Source: an uncultured Acidobacteriota bacterium
Lineage (GTDB): Bacteria > Acidobacteriota > Terriglobia > UBA7540
Length of the DNA stretch: 64,000 bases
Direction: 5' to 3'
Assembly: GCA_963804995.1 (NCBI GenBank)
Contig: CAWDSK010000008.1
Location: 94,907-158,906, forward strand
Part shown: positions 10,302 through 20,524 of the stretch, piece after piece
How positions within the stretch are numbered: position 1 is the stretch's first letter
How the letters are laid out: each line of letters begins with the position of its first letter
Program-made: the position numbers and the translations under genes
Notes under the pieces: model-generated
Database searches by the model: none
The model's input: only the letters and a program-made list of their open reading frames with translations
What the model was told of the DNA's origin: nothing

Positions 10302-10664
10302 GGCGGCCTCCTAACCAGGATTACAACTGCACGAGGCACAGATAATGAGATATGGGCGTACTGCGACGCTATTTACGCCTGATAGAGTACGATGTCAAGA
10401 TGCAAATTGTCGCTGCTATTAATATTTTACATTTCGTGTACAAATTGTCTTTGGCTGTGGATTAACCCTGCTCAGCTTCGCCACAGCAGGGTGACTTTGT
10501 GGCGGCATTGCGAGGACAGCTTCTGGGGCTTCGACCGCTCCCCCTAGCCCGATCCCCCTTACTCGGATACAATCCACTGGGATGTATTACGCCATACTCC
10601 CCAGGTTTTCGAAGCGCAGAAACTTTCGACAGCCCCTGCCGCTTTGCGCTATCGTAGGGCCTCA

Positions 10665-12533
10665 ATGCTGGGCGCCAAGGATTCTCCTAACCTTCTCGAA
10701 TGGGAACAGCGTATCGCGGGCGACGCTCGCGGGGCGCGCGTCCTGATGCCCGTGGCGGTCGTGGCCGCGACCTTCCTCGCTTATGTTGCCACCGTCGACT
10801 TGGGGTTTGTTTATGACGATCAGGTTCTGATCCTCACCAATGACTCCATTCGCTCCTGGAGCTATTTCCCCAGCTACTTCACTTCGCACCTCTGGAGCTC
10901 TCACTACCCATCTTTGTTGTCGAATGCCTACCGGCCCATCTTACTCATTTGGCTAAGACTGAACGAAGTATTGTTCGGTGCACACGCTTGGGGTTGGCAC
11001 CTCTCTTCCGTGGCGGCGCACGTAGCAGTGACCTACCTGGTCTATCGCTTAGGCGTCAGGCTTACCCGGGACATTTGGTGTGCGGGGGCGGGCGCGCTGG
11101 TTTTCGGACTGCATCCGATCCACGTCGAGACCATTGCGGAGGCCTCCTGGGCTGACCAGCCGGTCTCCACCCTCTTGGTGCTCGCCACGGTCCTCACCTG
11201 GTGGCGGAGCCGACAGGGCGGACGCAGCGCCGCATGGCTTGCCGCCTCCGTGGCTCTGTCGGCCGCGGCGCTGCTTTCCAAGGAGAGCAGTTTGATGCTG
11301 CCGTTTCTGATCAGCGCCTATGCCTGGATCGAGGGAGGGGCCAGCGGCAGGGAAGTTGCGCCGGTCGAAGGCCGCGGGGCTCTCTTCGAACGTTTGCGCT
11401 CCGCCCTGGGTGCAGCGGTTCCGTTCTGGGCGGTGGTCCTGGCTTATCTGCCGTTGCGCGTCTGGGCGCTCAAAGGTTTTGCCCACGTGGCCACGCCCCT
11501 TTCGTGGTCGCAGGAAGTTTTCACCCTTCCCTCGGTGCTGCTTTTCTACGCGCGCCTGCTGATTTGGCCCACAGGGTTGAGCTGCTACTACGATACGCCC
11601 ACCCTTTCATCCCCCACTTGGCAGGGCTTCGTAATGCCGGCTGCGCTGCTGGCCGCCCTGGCCGCGGGGCTGGCTCTTTGGTATCAGCGCACGCGCCAGT
11701 CCCAGCCAGAGGAGGCCAGGACAATAGCGTTGGCGTGCCTGTGGATGGTGCTGACGACCCTTCCCGTGCTCAATTTTCGTCTCCTCCTGGAGGGCGAAAT
11801 CGCGCATGACCGTTACCTCTATCTTCCCTCCGTGGGGTTCGCCCTGCTGGTGGCAATCGCGCTTCGCCAGGCGGTGGGTAGGGCGGCGAGGTATCTCAAG
11901 CCGGCTGGGGTCCTGCTGGGGGCCGTGGTGCTTTTCGGCGCGATGGGTATCGCGACGGCGCGGCAGTGCCTGTTTTGGTCAGACGATCTGGTTCTGAGCG
12001 TTCGCGCTCATGAAATTGCTCCCCACAATGTTACCGCCACCACCAGTCTCGCGGCCGCGGTGGGCGAGCGTGGGATGTATGGACAAGCCATGGCGCTCTA
12101 CCAGCAGGCGCTGGCTATCCAACCGAATTTCTGGGTGGCGAACCGGAACCTGGCATACCTCTATTACACCCTTGGAGATTTTCCGGAGGCGGTGCGCTAC
12201 TTCGCGCGGTCCTGCGCGGTCGGTCCCGAGGAGGGCGATCAGTTTCTGTACCTGGGATTGGCGCTGCTGCGCATGGGCCGGCTTGCCGAGGCGGAGAAGG
12301 CGGTCCGCTCGGCCTTGGTGCTGCGCCCGCAGGGGAAGAACTACCACCTGGCTTTGGGGACGATCCTCAGCCAGGAGGGAAGACTGCCTGAGGCCAAGCA
12401 GGAATTGGAAGCTGAGCTTTCCCAAGACGCGGAGAACGGACAGGCTCGAAGCCTGCTGGATGAAATCGACCAGGAGCTGCAGCCGGGAAAACCCGAAGTG
12501 CCGCCACCACACCCTTCCCCTGATATCAAGTAA
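10665..12533 (+). CDS. TMTC-like GT-C membrane glycosyltransferase with C-terminal TPRs (paralog 2)
   Basis: Colinear with 546-2390 (FVYDD, RSWSYFPSYFTSH, ALKGFAH, CYYDTP, EGEIAHDRYLYLP, GDQFLYLG). Confidence 0.8.
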   Translation: MLGAKDSPNLLEWEQRIAGDARGARVLMPVAVVAATFLAYVATVDLGFVYDDQVLILTNDSIRSWSYFPSYFTSHLWSSHYPSLLSNAYRPILLIWLRLNEVLFGAHAWGWHLSSVAAHVAVTYLVYRLGVRLTRDIWCAGAGALVFGLHPIHVETIAEASWADQPVSTLLVLATVLTWWRSRQGGRSAAWLAASVALSAAALLSKESSLMLPFLISAYAWIEGGASGREVAPVEGRGALFERLRSALGAAVPFWAVVLAYLPLRVWALKGFAHVATPLSWSQEVFTLPSVLLFYARLLIWPTGLSCYYDTPTLSSPTWQGFVMPAALLAALAAGLALWYQRTRQSQPEEARTIALACLWMVLTTLPVLNFRLLLEGEIAHDRYLYLPSVGFALLVAIALRQAVGRAARYLKPAGVLLGAVVLFGAMGIATARQCLFWSDDLVLSVRAHEIAPHNVTATTSLAAAVGERGMYGQAMALYQQALAIQPNFWVANRNLAYLYYTLGDFPEAVRYFARSCAVGPEEGDQFLYLGLALLRMGRLAEAEKAVRSALVLRPQGKNYHLALGTILSQEGRLPEAKQELEAELSQDAENGQARSLLDEIDQELQPGKPEVPPPHPSPDIK

Positions 12534-12685
12534 AGCCCTAACAATTACCTCTGGCTCACAGATCAAATTTGAAATGTGTTTGCTCCGGTTCTCCCGCCTG
12601 GCCGGACGGTAGAAGCGTCGGCCGGGCCGGTCGCTAACTCGTCACCTAGGGATGGCGCACATGCCGGGACCTTTGCCCCCCCCTC

Positions 12686-12793
12686 CGACTTTTTGTCATT
12701 GTGGGACTTGTCCCACAAGTTGCTCTCCGCGGGGCATAGCGAGCGAGGTCCCACTTATTTCCCCAGGTGCATGAGCTTTTTTCCTGTGACTTT
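12686..12793 (+). repeat. About 105-bp dispersed repeat with GTGGGAC/GTCCCAC motifs (copy 1)
   Basis: Aligns by eye with 35747-35856. Confidence 0.75.
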
Positions 12794-12865
12794 ATCATTG
12801 GTGATTTTGCCGGTCTAAGCTGCAAACAGGTTCACCGGCTCGTCACTTGTCGCTGGTCGCTGACT

Positions 12866-15172
12866 TCAGGTCTTGATGCGCAACAGCAGGTAGCTCCCCG
12901 CCAATCCGAACAGGATATCCGGAGACCATGCGGCCATGGCCGGAGGGAGTTGGCTCAAGTTGCCCATCGCTTCAAAAAGGCTGGAAGCAGACCAGTAAAC
13001 GATGGCGATGCCAATGCTCAGCGCAATGCCCGTCAACGCGCCTTTCCCGCCCATGGTGAAGGAGAAGGGAATTCCGATGAGGGTGATCACAAAGGCGATC
13101 AGGGGGAAGGAGAACTTGCGGTAAAACTGCACGGAAAGCCGCACCACATCAAAGCCGCTCTGGCTGAGGTCGGCGATATAGTGGCGCAATTCGAGCGCAC
13201 TCATTTGTTCCGAAGCCTTGACTTCCTTCTTGAAGTAGCTGGGCTCTTCCGTCAATTCGCGGAAGGTGGCAACGGAGAAAGGCATGTAATCCGACACGCG
13301 ATCCCCGTTGATGTTTCGGGACCAGCCGTTTTCGAGGATCCAACCGTGGATGTGCCCTTCCCAAAGGGCACGCGCGGCGTGAATGCGGCGCGTCATGCGG
13401 AAGGTCGTGGGATCGAATTCGAACACCGTGAGGTTGGCGAAAACATTCTGGTCAGGGTCGAAGAACTTGTAATTATAGATCCGGCTGGAGGAGCCGAAAA
13501 TCCACTGGCGGTCGGGGCGGTAAAACGTCTGCGCGGGCTTGCCCTTGATCTGGTTGCGGAGGGCGTCCTGGCGCTGGTTGGTCTCGGGCAGCACACTATC
13601 TGCAAAGAGGAACATTCCCACGCTGAGCAGGCCAGCCGCAACGAGCACGGGGACCGACACGCGGTACAGGCTGACGCCCGCGGATTTAATGGCCGTGACC
13701 TGGTTGGTTTTGGTCAGCAATCCGAAATTCACCAGGGTTGCCACCAGAATACTGAGGGGCAACATCAGGTAAATGACCTGCGGCAACAGGAAGCGATAGT
13801 AATCAAACACCACGCGGGCCGGAGTCTGATTGCGCACAATGTCGCCCAGGATCTGAAAGAAGTCGAAGATGACATAGATTCCTGCGAAGGCGAGGAGAAG
13901 GATGAGAAAGTAGAAGACCCATCCGCGGATGACGTAAATATCCAGGATCTGGAGGAAGCGGCCGCGCAGGGGGCGTACCTTGAGTGAGGGAACGGTGCCC
14001 ACCGCCCGCTGCCGGCGGGCTCGCCAATGCTGCCAGCGAATCACCAGGTCGTCGAACCAGTCCTGGAAAAACGTCAGACGCGTCTTCACCCGGCGCAGGT
14101 GCGCCAGCATCAGGACACCGACGAGGGCAAACAGAACGTTGGCAAGCCACAGGCCGATCACCGGTGAGACCCGGCCCTGCATGGCAAAGCTGCGGCCGAA
14201 ACCCATCAGGATGTAGTAGACGAAGACCAGGGTGAGGGCGAGGATAAGGCCTACGGATTTCCCACCTTTGCGTGTCGACATACCCAGCGGTATGCCCACC
14301 AGCGCTAGCACGATCGCCGCTACCGGGAGGGCGAAGCGGTAATGCAGTTCCACCAGCGCGGCTTGGCGGTCGCGGGGTTGATGGGTACGGGCCCGAAGCT
14401 GGTCAAAGGTCAGGTAGGGGGGCGCGCGCCGGTCCTCCGCCCCCGCCGCGCCTTGATCGACGGGGATCGGTATTTCCGTGTCTGTGAAGGAAGCGATGGA
14501 GTATTCCCCTGGCCGCTGTGGGTCATATTCGTGCGTCGTTCCCTGCTCGAGGTGGAGCACAAAACGGTTGCGGTCGGCTTCGTTGACAAGCACTCCGCTT
14601 TCCGCTAACGTTACCTTGACTTGGTCGCGCTCCGTCGTGTCTGCAATGAAGACGCCGCGCCATTGGGACCGGGATCCGGTTACGTCCTCCAGATAAAGCA
14701 AAAGATTCGGGAATTGCTCGATAAACACGCGTGGCTGAATTTCGTAAGGCGCTTGGCTGGCCTTGATCCCGGTTTCCATGTGGTTCATCCGCCGCAAGGC
14801 TTGGGGCGACAGGAACAGGCTCATCCATAGCGTTACCCCCCAGCCCGCCACCGCCAGCATCATGACGGGCCGCACAAAGTAGCTGAGGCCTATTCCCGTG
14901 GCGCGGGCCGCAATCACCTCACCGTCCGCCGCCATGCGGCTGAGCCCGATGAGCGTCCCGATCAGCACGGCCATGGGGATGGTCAACACCAGGATTCCAG
15001 GCACGGGAAGAATGAAAAGGGTGGCGACCTGGCGAAATGGGAGATTATGACGAACTACCAATTCGAGAAGATGCCCCAAGGAGCGTATGAAGATGACAAA
15101 GGTGAAGACCACCAGCCCCAGCAGGGAATGGGAGAAGATTTCTTTCAGGATGTAGCGGGTCAGTATCCGCAT
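12866..15172 (-). CDS. lptFG: Fused LptF/LptG LPS export ABC permease
   Basis: Two tandem YjgP/YjgQ-type halves (MRILTRYILKEI...; ILDIYVIR...), 768 aa in one frame. Confidence 0.9.
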   Translation of the reverse strand: MRILTRYILKEIFSHSLLGLVVFTFVIFIRSLGHLLELVVRHNLPFRQVATLFILPVPGILVLTIPMAVLIGTLIGLSRMAADGEVIAARATGIGLSYFVRPVMMLAVAGWGVTLWMSLFLSPQALRRMNHMETGIKASQAPYEIQPRVFIEQFPNLLLYLEDVTGSRSQWRGVFIADTTERDQVKVTLAESGVLVNEADRNRFVLHLEQGTTHEYDPQRPGEYSIASFTDTEIPIPVDQGAAGAEDRRAPPYLTFDQLRARTHQPRDRQAALVELHYRFALPVAAIVLALVGIPLGMSTRKGGKSVGLILALTLVFVYYILMGFGRSFAMQGRVSPVIGLWLANVLFALVGVLMLAHLRRVKTRLTFFQDWFDDLVIRWQHWRARRQRAVGTVPSLKVRPLRGRFLQILDIYVIRGWVFYFLILLLAFAGIYVIFDFFQILGDIVRNQTPARVVFDYYRFLLPQVIYLMLPLSILVATLVNFGLLTKTNQVTAIKSAGVSLYRVSVPVLVAAGLLSVGMFLFADSVLPETNQRQDALRNQIKGKPAQTFYRPDRQWIFGSSSRIYNYKFFDPDQNVFANLTVFEFDPTTFRMTRRIHAARALWEGHIHGWILENGWSRNINGDRVSDYMPFSVATFRELTEEPSYFKKEVKASEQMSALELRHYIADLSQSGFDVVRLSVQFYRKFSFPLIAFVITLIGIPFSFTMGGKGALTGIALSIGIAIVYWSASSLFEAMGNLSQLPPAMAAWSPDILFGLAGSYLLLRIKT

Positions 15173-15286
15173 ATTTACAAGGGCTCAGTAGGGTGCTCAG
15201 GGCCTACGTACGGTTCACTAGAAGAACGGACCATCTCATGCTAACACACCGTTTTCGACATCGTAAAGGAATCGGCCTCTAACCTC

Positions 15287-17456
15287 ATGTCTCAAACTTA
15301 TTTGATGCTCCTTTGGCACATGCACCAGCCCTTTTACAAGGATTTGGCCGAGGGGGTTTATACGATGCCGTGGGTGCGGTTGCATGCGCTTAAGGATTAC
15401 TACGGGATGGTCGGGGTGCTGCGAGATTTTCCTTCTGTGCATATGACTTTCAATCTGGTCCCCGGCCTGGTCTCGCAACTGGAAGACTACGCGCATGACA
15501 CCGCCCACGAGCCGGCCTATGATTTGGCCTTCAAGCCCGCTGCCGATATGTCCTTGGCGGACCGCGCGGCATTTCTGGGGTCCGCTTTTCAGATCAACCG
15601 CGACAACCTTCTAAACCGCTATCCGCGTTTTCGGGAACTGTGGGAGAAGGCGCACAAATCGGATTTCTCAACGGTCGCAAAGCAATTTGCTTTACATGAG
15701 CTTATAGACCTGCAAGTGCTATCCCAAGTGGCATGGTTTGATGAAATCTATTTGGCCAGCGACCCGGAAATAAGGCGCTTAGTTAGTAAAGAGCGTGGTT
15801 TCAGTGAGGCTGATAAGGCTATTGTGCGCAAGAAGGAAATCGAATTATTTAATGTGACACTTGAGGAATACCGGAAAGCCGCCGAGCGGGGGCAAATCGA
15901 AATTTCCACGTCACCCTTTTATCACCCTATTCTGCCGCTTCTCTGCGACACGGCCATCGCGCAGGAGTCCCACCCGGGTGTGAAGCTTCCCCGCCAGCGC
16001 TTTCGGCATCCGGAAGACGCACGCGACCAGTTGCGGACCGCGGTGGAGTTACATGAGCGGGTATTTGGCCGGCGGCCGCGCGGACTCTGGCCGAGTGAAG
16101 GAAGCGTCTCTGATGAAGTTCTGCGCCTGGCGGCGGAGGAGGGTTTTGCCTGGGCAGCGACGGACGAAGGCGTGCTGGGACGAACCCGCCAGACGGGTTT
16201 CTATCGCCGCGGTGATGGGACGTTGCAGGGTGGGGAGGAACTCTACCGTCCGCACTCGTTTTCCACGGGCGGGGCGCCCATGACGCTCTTCTTCCGCGAT
16301 CACCAGCTTTCCGACCTGATCGGGTTTGTCTATTCCCGCATGGATGCCCAGGCCGCGGCGGCAGACCTCCACCAGCGGATTAGGTCGGCGGGCCGAAGCA
16401 CCGGCCAGCATCCCGCCGTCGTATCCGTCATCCTGGACGGAGAAAACGCCTGGGAATACTACCCGGGCAACGGGCGGGAATTCCTCAAGGCCTTCTACGG
16501 CCGCCTGGCTTCCGACCCGGAAATTCGCGCCCTCACGGCAAGCGAAGCGCTCCAGGCAGCGGCTCGGGGGGCCTTGCCCCACATTGTTCCGGGCTCCTGG
16601 ATCAACGCTAACTTCGACATCTGGATTGGCGCTGAGGAGGACAATCGAGCCTGGGATTTGCTCAGCGCGGCACGGGAATTCTATGCCCAGCACGCGGAGG
16701 ATCCCAAGCTCACGCCGGAGAACCGCAGCTTGGCCCAGCAGGAACTTTGGGTCGCCGAAGGCAGTGACTGGTGTTGGTGGTATGGCCCCGAGCACTCAAC
16801 CGCCAATGACGAAGAATTCGACCGGCTCTATCGCAAGCATCTGAGCAACATCTATCGGCTGCTGGGCGGGTCGCCCCCGGACGAGTTGGCGGCGCCCATC
16901 AAGCGTCCCCGCGTGCATGCCGCATACGTGGCGCCTTCGGGGCGGATCGATCCCACCGTGGATGGCCGGGTGACAACCTACTTCGAATGGCTGGGGGCGG
17001 GTGTTTATGTGCCGGATTACCGCTCCGGCTCGATGCACGGTGTGGCCCAGATCGTGGAAGCTCTCTTCTATGGATATTCTGACAAGGCGCTTTATCTGCG
17101 CGTGGATCTGGGGGAGACCTTCCGGCGTGACCATCCGGAGTTTGAAATCCATGTCAGCATTGATGGTGAGACCCACGTCCGATTGCATGCCACGGTGGGC
17201 GCGGCGGGTGTCAAAGCCATTGAATTCCTGAAAGGAGAGGAATCCCTGCTGGTTCCGCTCTCCACTGGCGACCAGGTGCAGGTGGCCTTTGCCCAGGTTT
17301 TCGAACTCGGGCTCGCCTTCAGCCTCCTGGGCGTTACCCCGCACGAGCGGATCAACCTGCAAGTCTCCATTTGGCTGAATGAATTGCCGCTCCAGGTCAT
17401 TCCGCAGGAAGGCTGGTTGGCGCTCGAAGCTCACGGAAGATTTGGAGACTTGGTAG
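15287..17456 (+). CDS. Glycoside hydrolase family 57 (amylopullulanase-like)
   Basis: WHMHQP, PWVRLHALKDY, HPILPL, WPSE, ILDGENAWE, AEGSDWCWW; probable extra base near 17428, corrected end ...ELTEDLETW* at 17456 (ORF track runs to 17533). Confidence 0.9.
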
Positions 17457-17465
17457 GGATTTCCA

Positions 17466-17537
17466 TTCTGAATCATGAATTATGGAATGGGTATACATCG
17501 CAGTATCGCCAATGCTTAATTCATAATTCATAATTCT
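17466..17537. repeat. 7-mer inverted array (TGAATTA / TAATTCA type)
   Basis: TTCTGAATCATGAATTATG ... TAATTCATAATTCATAATTC; same family at 54710-54750. Confidence 0.65.
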
Positions 17538-17590
17538 GGCCAGGCGTGCTAAAATCCGCGCAGCGGTTGTAAACACTGCAGGGGGTCACC

Positions 17591-18790
17591 ATGCGTAGGC
17601 CGCAGATTGCTTTGCTAATCCTTCTGGGCGTCATCCTCCCCACGCTCCACGCCGGTGCACCACTACGCGCCTGGGCGGGCCCACGGCCAGGGCAGGCTTC
17701 GAAGCCTTACACCAAGGAACAGATTAGTGATCTGGTGCAGGCGGGCATGGATAGCGCGCAATTGGCGAAGAAAGTCGACCAGGCGGGGATTGACTTCGAG
17801 CCGACCGACGATTATCTCCAATCCCTGCGCGGGGACGGGGCGCAGGAGGTCCTTATCCAGGCGCTGCGCAACGCCAGCCCCAAGCCTCTGAGTAAAAAGA
17901 AAGTACTGGCCATGGCGGTGGAGGGCATGCCGGGCCAACGCGCCGCGGAGATCGTGAAACGTCTGGGCCTGGACTTTGACGTGGACAACCTCTTCCTGCA
18001 AACCCTGCAATTGGCCGGAGCGGATGACATCTTTATAGCGGCCGTCCGCCAGGTGGGAGGGGTGCTGAAAACGGTCGGGCCCACGACGGGCACCGTACGG
18101 CTGAATCCCAAGGACGGACTCAACTACGTCTGGATAGCGGCGGGGACGTTCATGATGGGCTGCTCGCCGGGCGATAAGGACTGCAAGGACTACGAGAATC
18201 CCCTCCACTCCGTTACCATAAGCAAAGGTTTTTGGATGGGCCAGACCCTGGTCACCGCAGGGGCCTACCAACGCTTTGCAGCCGCCACGGGACGGCCTAT
18301 GCCCACCGCTCCATCTTTTAACGACGCGTGGACGATTTCCAGCATGCCCATCGTAAACGTCGACTGGAACGATTCGGTAGCCTACTGCCTGTGGGCGGGT
18401 GGACGGTTGCCCACCGAAGCGGAATGGGAGTATGCGGCGCGGGGCGGTAGCACGGAGGCGCGTTTCGGCAATGTGGATGACATCGCCTGGTACGGCCAGA
18501 TCAACGGTGGCCACACGCATGAGGTCGCCCAAAAGCGCGCCAATGGATACGGTCTGTTTGACATGCTGGGGAATGTGTGGGAATGGACGAATGACTGGTA
18601 CGGCGACGAGAGTTACAAGGCTGGCCCTTTCACGGACCCCGTTGGGGCCTCAACCGGCACTCAGCACGTGCTGCGTGGCGGGTCTTGGGGCGCTGATGCG
18701 GATAGCGTCCGCGTCTCCAGCCGCAAATGGAATGACCCCCCCGACAAGCATGATTACATGGGCTTCCGCTGCGTCTGGAATGGGGATTAG
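17591..18790 (+). CDS. Exported FGE-sulfatase (SUMF1/C-type lectin fold) domain protein with two N-terminal helical repeats
   Basis: Signal peptide; GTFMMG, RLPTEAEWEYAARGG, NGYGLFDMLGNVWEW, RGGSW, GFRC. Confidence 0.9.
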   Translation: MRRPQIALLILLGVILPTLHAGAPLRAWAGPRPGQASKPYTKEQISDLVQAGMDSAQLAKKVDQAGIDFEPTDDYLQSLRGDGAQEVLIQALRNASPKPLSKKKVLAMAVEGMPGQRAAEIVKRLGLDFDVDNLFLQTLQLAGADDIFIAAVRQVGGVLKTVGPTTGTVRLNPKDGLNYVWIAAGTFMMGCSPGDKDCKDYENPLHSVTISKGFWMGQTLVTAGAYQRFAAATGRPMPTAPSFNDAWTISSMPIVNVDWNDSVAYCLWAGGRLPTEAEWEYAARGGSTEARFGNVDDIAWYGQINGGHTHEVAQKRANGYGLFDMLGNVWEWTNDWYGDESYKAGPFTDPVGASTGTQHVLRGGSWGADADSVRVSSRKWNDPPDKHDYMGFRCVWNGD

Positions 18791-18796
18791 GATTTT

Positions 18797-20011
18797 TCAT
18801 TTCCCCAGCCAATCGGGAACAACCACATCGACCGGTTGGGTGCCCACTTGCACCGTGGTAATGAGCATCGATCGGTTGTTGCTGAGGCTGATGGGATCGG
18901 CATGCAGAATAGCGACGCTGGACGTGGCGCTATCTGCGACGACCAGGAAGCGTTCATCCGGCGTCAAGGCCAGCGCGCGCGGTTCCACTCCCACGTGCGT
19001 CGAGGTCAGTACCGCCCGGTTTTCAACATCCAGCACCATGACAGAGCCATCCCCTGCATTGGCGAGGTAGAGGATACTTGAATCCCGGCGAAAGACCGCC
19101 TGGACGGGTTCGCGGCCGGTCGGAAAGGTCTGCTCAACGTTGTCGTGGAACGCGTCGACGATAACTAGGTTGGTAGCTTTAGCACTCAGGACAAACAGTT
19201 CCCCGCCATCAGGTTTGACGATCAGCGCGGTTGGCAGAGTGCCGATTTCGATGTGCGACAGTAGCTTCCGTGCCGCCACGTCGGCTACGGAAACTTTTTC
19301 TTCCCCTGTGTCCGCAACGAAAACTTTCGAGCTGTCGGGCAGAACCGCCATGGGGCCGGGAACTTTCCCAACTTCCACCTCACCGAGCGGCTGGCGGGTC
19401 TGGGTGCTGAACAAGCTCAGCCGGTTTAAGGCTGGAACGGTAACAATCAGTGTTTTTCCGTCAGGAGTCAGCGCCAGGTCGGAGGGCGCATCGGGAAGGC
19501 GGAGGCGAAAGCTCACCTTCGGGATTGCCGGTAGAGCCTGCCCCAATGGCGTCGGAAGGGGACTGGTTGCAGCGGCTTCGCAATTGAGGAAAACCACCTC
19601 GCGATCCGCGGGGTCCAGCAAATACGCTCTGCGCCCATCGGGTGAAAACTCCAGGTCCTTGGCACTCCTTCCCACTTCGAGTGTGGCAATGACCTGCGGA
19701 TGGGGGTTGGCCACGATACTTACCTTGCCCGTGGCCGACACCACGTAGAGTTGCCGGCTGCCGGGCCGCACCACGACGCGCTCCGGCTGCGGCGCGACGG
19801 GCAGGGAAGCTACGACTCGAAAATCCGCCAAGCTCACCGCGGCCAACGTGGAGCTCTGATGATTCACGACAAAAGCCACATAGGCTTGGGGCGGCGGCGG
19901 CCGGCGCCGGCATCCTAGTGACCCTGCTCCGAGCGTCGAGAGAAGCAGGGCCAGCAGGGAAGCGCGGGCGGTAACGCGTAAAATTGCGGCGAGGTGGTCT
20001 GGGGTCGTCAA
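18797..20011 (-). CDS. YncE/YVTN-type beta-propeller protein, probable lipoprotein
   Basis: Repeated VG..P...A.TPDG motifs; hydrophobic stretch ending SLGC; start uncertain (TTG 20011). Confidence 0.8.
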   Translation of the reverse strand: MTTPDHLAAILRVTARASLLALLLSTLGAGSLGCRRRPPPPQAYVAFVVNHQSSTLAAVSLADFRVVASLPVAPQPERVVVRPGSRQLYVVSATGKVSIVANPHPQVIATLEVGRSAKDLEFSPDGRRAYLLDPADREVVFLNCEAAATSPLPTPLGQALPAIPKVSFRLRLPDAPSDLALTPDGKTLIVTVPALNRLSLFSTQTRQPLGEVEVGKVPGPMAVLPDSSKVFVADTGEEKVSVADVAARKLLSHIEIGTLPTALIVKPDGGELFVLSAKATNLVIVDAFHDNVEQTFPTGREPVQAVFRRDSSILYLANAGDGSVMVLDVENRAVLTSTHVGVEPRALALTPDERFLVVADSATSSVAILHADPISLSNNRSMLITTVQVGTQPVDVVVPDWLGK

Positions 20012-20524
20012 TGCCTCGTTTCGTGGGTAGGAGCAAGGCGGTCGCCGCGGACCGCTTCTGCAATAGTCGCCTGCGACTTCATGAGGATCAGCCTGCAGAA
20101 TTTCCTCATCCGCCCGCTCACCCAAACAATGCCTTGCTAGTCTAATGCAGGGTGGGGATTCATGGGAAGGCGACGTGTCAGGGAAGAATGCAACATGGCG
20201 CCTGGCACCTGACACCTTATGTCCCGGCTTGTCCAAATTACGCTCGCATGGGCGGGTAGCGACCTGCGGCTCTGCCGCGTGCTGCCCTGTCATGAAAATG
20301 GGCGGGGTAACTCCCCTCCTCATCTGAGGAGGGGAGCTTTTTCATGACAGGCAGAACCGCGTTGACCACTCGAAGGGTTCGCCAGTTTGGACAGCTGTAC
20401 CTGACGTTAGCCTTTCCTAACCGTTTCTGGAAATCCCCAGTGCTCCCTGATACGATGAGAAATTCGCCGGTGGGCGCCCAACCGGTTGCGCCGGCCATCC
20501 CGATCCTTGCGAGGTGAAAAAACC

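Noticed and set aside
18690..18790. FGE/CLec C-terminus as a diversity-generating retroelement variable region
   Set aside because: No template repeat or reverse transcriptase seen in the window
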